Source: Eledone cirrhosa (lineage: Eukaryota). From it: a stretch of 64,000 bases of DNA. Positions 60,212 to 64,000 of this stretch are shown in pieces. The notes beneath the pieces are model-generated. The model searched no databases, was not told where the DNA came from, and saw only the letters and a program-made list of their open reading frames with translations. How positions within the stretch are numbered: position 1 is the first letter of the stretch; every line of letters starts with the position of its first letter. A program made the translations under genes and the position numbers. The stretch is from contig OZ024740.1 in assembly GCA_964016885.1 (NCBI GenBank), positions 132,122,001 through 132,186,000 of the forward strand, written 5' to 3'.

Positions 60212-60766
60212 CTAAAGAGACAACGGTCACGACAGCCCATGTATTTTGCGCCAAAAGATTCAACCTCTTAGGCATAAGCACGGGAAGATTGTTTTTTTAG
60301 GATTACAAACAGTCACACACGCGTGCAGATTTCCCCTCCCCACGCCACCGATGTTGGTCCAACGAAAGGTAGATATTGATAGACCTTCGTTCCTGTAACG
60401 TCGCATATAATTTTTTCAAGTGGAGGCATGTGAAATAAAGTGGCTACTTCCAGGATATCACGCACCACCCGGTCTGAGAATTGAAACACGCGATTGAGAA
60501 GCATACCCTCAAGCACTGAGGCCCAACCGCTTTTTCAGTTTTTTTCTGACTGAATACACACTCGTGTTTCCCACCGAAAAAATGTCCATTCCTTCTTCTT
60601 CTCACGTTCTACTTACCTATTTCATTGTCTATTTCTCATGATATCTTCTGATGAAGGATTAGTGCTCGACACTTTAAATCTCTTTTACTATATAATATCA
60701 AACTTTAAAGCAATATATTTCTTCATTGCACTGTGCTGTTTCCTTTCATATATATATATATATATA

Positions 60767-60848
60767 TAACAAAGAGGGTGTAGTAAGATACCAGGTGGAC
60801 CATAACGCACCAGAGTGCTCAATACTTAGGGTGGTACAGTGGGTAATA
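60767..60848 (-). mobile_element. Extreme 3' end of PLE family B
   Basis: Matches 17145-17225 and 33787-33865; abuts (TA)n. Confidence 0.75.
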
Positions 60849-60942
60849 TGAAATGAATCCAGACACGTGCCGGATCGATACACCTGAATAAATGTAATGA
60901 AGATCTTGCTCCTCTCCTGTTTATTAATATTACACACACACG

Positions 60943-61029
<87 letters not shown>

Positions 61030-62775
61030 AGAGAGATATAGAGAGAGAAATCATAGATATATAGATATCAAAGCCTGTTAATTTACATATGTGGTTATTT
61101 AGAACCAAGCGTGAGTCATACTATTTTATCCGTAGTTAATACCAACCAAACATATCAATTCTTCGTACGGCTATAATGTTTCAATAGCACAGAGTAATCA
61201 ATTTCTCTTTGTTTTGCTTTGTACTTATTAATGGCATTTATTTCCTTCACTAGGGAATATTTATTTAGCGTCATATGAGCCATCTCATATTTACATCCAA
61301 TATCAACAAAAAACGAAGCAATGTATAAAACGTTGGGAATTATCGAGCATACACAGAACGTAAGCAAATTTAAATAGCAATTCCCCTTAAAATGTGTATA
61401 ATAGCGATCAAGTTAACATGCTTATTTTTCGACAGTTGCTGTCTTGCTAGATATAGCAACTAGATATCAGATCATATCTTATAGTCATAAATATGACAGG
61501 AAATACTGTAGAATGCAGGCATAGGAAAGCTTAAAAAGTGTTATTTATCATATGTTCCCTTGGATTTACACAACAAAGAAAATTTAATACCGTTTCTGAC
61601 AGTGTTACTAGATCACCAGATTCTGGTATAATACACGTCAAATCTTGGGGGAGATAGGAAGGAAAGTGGTTGATCGTCAAATCGGTTCAGCGATGTTATG
61701 CTTCAATTGATCTTTCTACTGTGACATGAACTGCACGCAAATCATGGCTGAATGTTTCATATTTCGCTATGATATGAGATGGGATTTGAACACAAACACA
61801 CAAAAAGTCTGAGCAGATACTGTTTCCTATTAGGTACAACGTTTCTAAAATTCATACCTATCAACTGACGATGGGCTGGCAAAAATGACAGAGAAGGGAT
61901 TTTAACACAAAGAGAGAGTGAGAGAGTAAGCACAGATACCGAAGCATTTAATACTTTGCACTATTCTATCCTATCCTAGGTCGTCCATTGGGACACCACT
62001 TTTTCATACGGGTTTTGTTGTGAAAGGATTAGGAAGCAAAATCCGCTACTGTGTGTCTTCTCGCAATATCCATCAAACTCGAGGTATTTAGGTCTCAATC
62101 ATTGTCTAACATGATGGATCAATTATATGACACCATTGTGATAGAATACTAAATGACATGTCTATTAGATTTTTCCAGTGATGACATCCGTTATCCTCCT
62201 ACCACTGTCTTGGAACTTAAACCTGATAATGCGGATTTTCAGGTGCCATACCTTACCAAAGGGCAATCCATGGTTTGGCTCGAGGCTGCTTACTCTGTTA
62301 TTCACAGCTATGAATGTTGATTTCCCTGAGTTCCTCCGACATTTGACAGGTTTTGATTTTTACCCCAAATACTCTCCAAAAATATCGATCATCAAGAAGC
62401 ATGCTTGCCATTTTGTCGCGAACGACCCGATCATGCAACAAGTTGTACTGAGTTACATGTTACCAGTACCGCTGAAAAGCGTCCTAACTTGGAATTAACA
62501 TACAGTATCTGCAATAATCTGGCCTAGGAAATTTTAATGAGAATCTTTTGCGAAAAAGGAATGCCGATCAAATTTACATGACTACTAGGATTCATAGAGA
62601 ACTACACAATGAGATGAGTTATCTCAGATCACAGAAATACGATATAAATTGGGAATCATTTCATTTAGATTTCTGGAAACATCAAACTTCTTTGAAAATA
62701 TATGATCAGAGTAAATAATGTAAGCTTTATCTTTTCAACTGTTAATCAGGAGTACCATTGCTGTAGGAGAACCCT

Positions 62776-62830
62776 ACATCACCCACCTCTTCCAAACGTT
62801 CATATACTGTTTGGAAGAGGTGGGTGATGT
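62776..62830. other. Perfect 22-bp hairpin in unique DNA
   Basis: acatcacccacctcttccaaac-(11 nt)-gtttggaagaggtgggtgatgt. Confidence 0.9.
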
Positions 62831-63151
62831 GCCTTGTTAATCTAACGTCGAGTAATAAGATATGTTAGGCATAAATTAAAAAGATTCTCAACGTGTAGTC
62901 ATTCTTATATTGAATCACGTGCATTCATTCGAGACCGTTAAAAGGTATATCTTCAACCGAGTGACAATACATCTAAGTTAATATGGGTATGTTTTAATCT
63001 ATCTTATTCGTACGTAAGTAAATATCATAAGAACTCCGAGATAAATATACTGGATATCCCATGCCGATATACTGGATATCCGATGACGATTTTAATAACA
63101 ATATTCGCTTGTTCACAGCAATTACAATAGTATGCAATAAATGTTGAAATG

Positions 63152-63186
<35 letters not shown>

Positions 63187-63191
<5 letters not shown>

Positions 63192-63400
63192 TCAGCGAAA
63201 ATCGCATTTCGGCGGTAGAAAAAGCGAAACGAAACGCAAAGTCTGAATTATGCTTGCAAGCTTCATAGTTGAAATAAACAGAGCTAAACATATAAGTTAA
63301 AACGCCATACAAAACTGAAAAAGTGGTCAAGAAGGCAATAACCACCTAAGCCCCCAAAAAACAAGTCAAGTTAAACAGGTCAAACAAAATAAATGATAAA

Positions 63401-63445
<45 letters not shown>

Positions 63446-63905
63446 CGGACCTGGACCCATTGGAGTTGATGGTAAAATCCAAATGCAGGGTTTCTATGAC
63501 ACCTAAATCAATAATACTGTCTGCTTAAAACTATAAGCGTTTGGTATAATGATCGAACAAGGAATATCACGTTATTGGCAGGTATTTTTCTCTGCGCCAA
63601 CTTTGTGAACGACGCAGGGCTCTGTAAAAGCACATTAAAACTCACAAGGAAAAAAACCCCAGATTTTAGCAAATAAATTCAGTATGTGTAAATTCTGCAA
63701 AAAATTGCATATATACGACAAATCGAATAAGCGCTCAACCGGGTAGTTTTAAAATAAACTTATACAATTAATCTGTCGATAGAATTATTAACAGGTTAAA
63801 TGTAAGACTCGGGAGATTAATACAAATACAAATTCAGCGAGAATCGCATTTCGGCGGGTAGAAAAAGCGAAACGAAACGCCAAATCAGAGTTATGCTGGC
63901 AAGCG
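63187..63905. repeat. Two ~75-bp direct repeats (63187-63262, 63828-63904) of an unclassified element
   Basis: aaattcagcga.aatcgcatttcggcgg.tagaaaaagcgaaacgaaacgc..ttatgct.gcaagc. Confidence 0.75.
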
Positions 63906-64000
63906 CTCCGATGAGTGGGAGCAGCGATACCTTGCTTAAACTTTATTCTGTTCTTAAAATATATATAGATATATACACACACACACAAACACACACACAC

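Noticed and set aside
62160-62500. Coding-like island (FPEFLRHLTGFDFYP) faintly resembling a HECT C-lobe
   Set aside because: One short motif, frameshifted, with no catalytic-Cys context; needs a database search.

Overview
AT-rich, microsatellite-dense eukaryotic DNA, most likely an octopod cephalopod (inferred from the SINE and RTE tail sequences and the (TA)n load). There is no intact protein-coding gene; most ORF-track entries are (TA)n/(CA)n artefacts. The window holds many decayed Penelope-like elements (PLEs; RT plus C-terminal GIY-YIG, several Naiad-like), a near-complete decayed Helitron, RTE and R4/Dong-type LINE fragments, a deleted mariner and tRNA-derived SINEs. Main observations, all read by eye: (1) about 20 type I hammerhead ribozyme (HHR) motifs, at the 3' end of nearly every PLE family, including two families with a U3:A8 core and two motifs with ~90-nt stem II insertions; (2) a non-coding ~400-475 bp HHR-bearing family present as circularly permuted, greater-than-unit copies with covarying stems, i.e. 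a candidate retrozyme/circular RNA system; (3) most of these elements sit as fold-back structures inside (TA)n; (4) the unique DNA between repeats appears to hold the exons of a decayed multi-exon cadherin-repeat gene on the minus strand.
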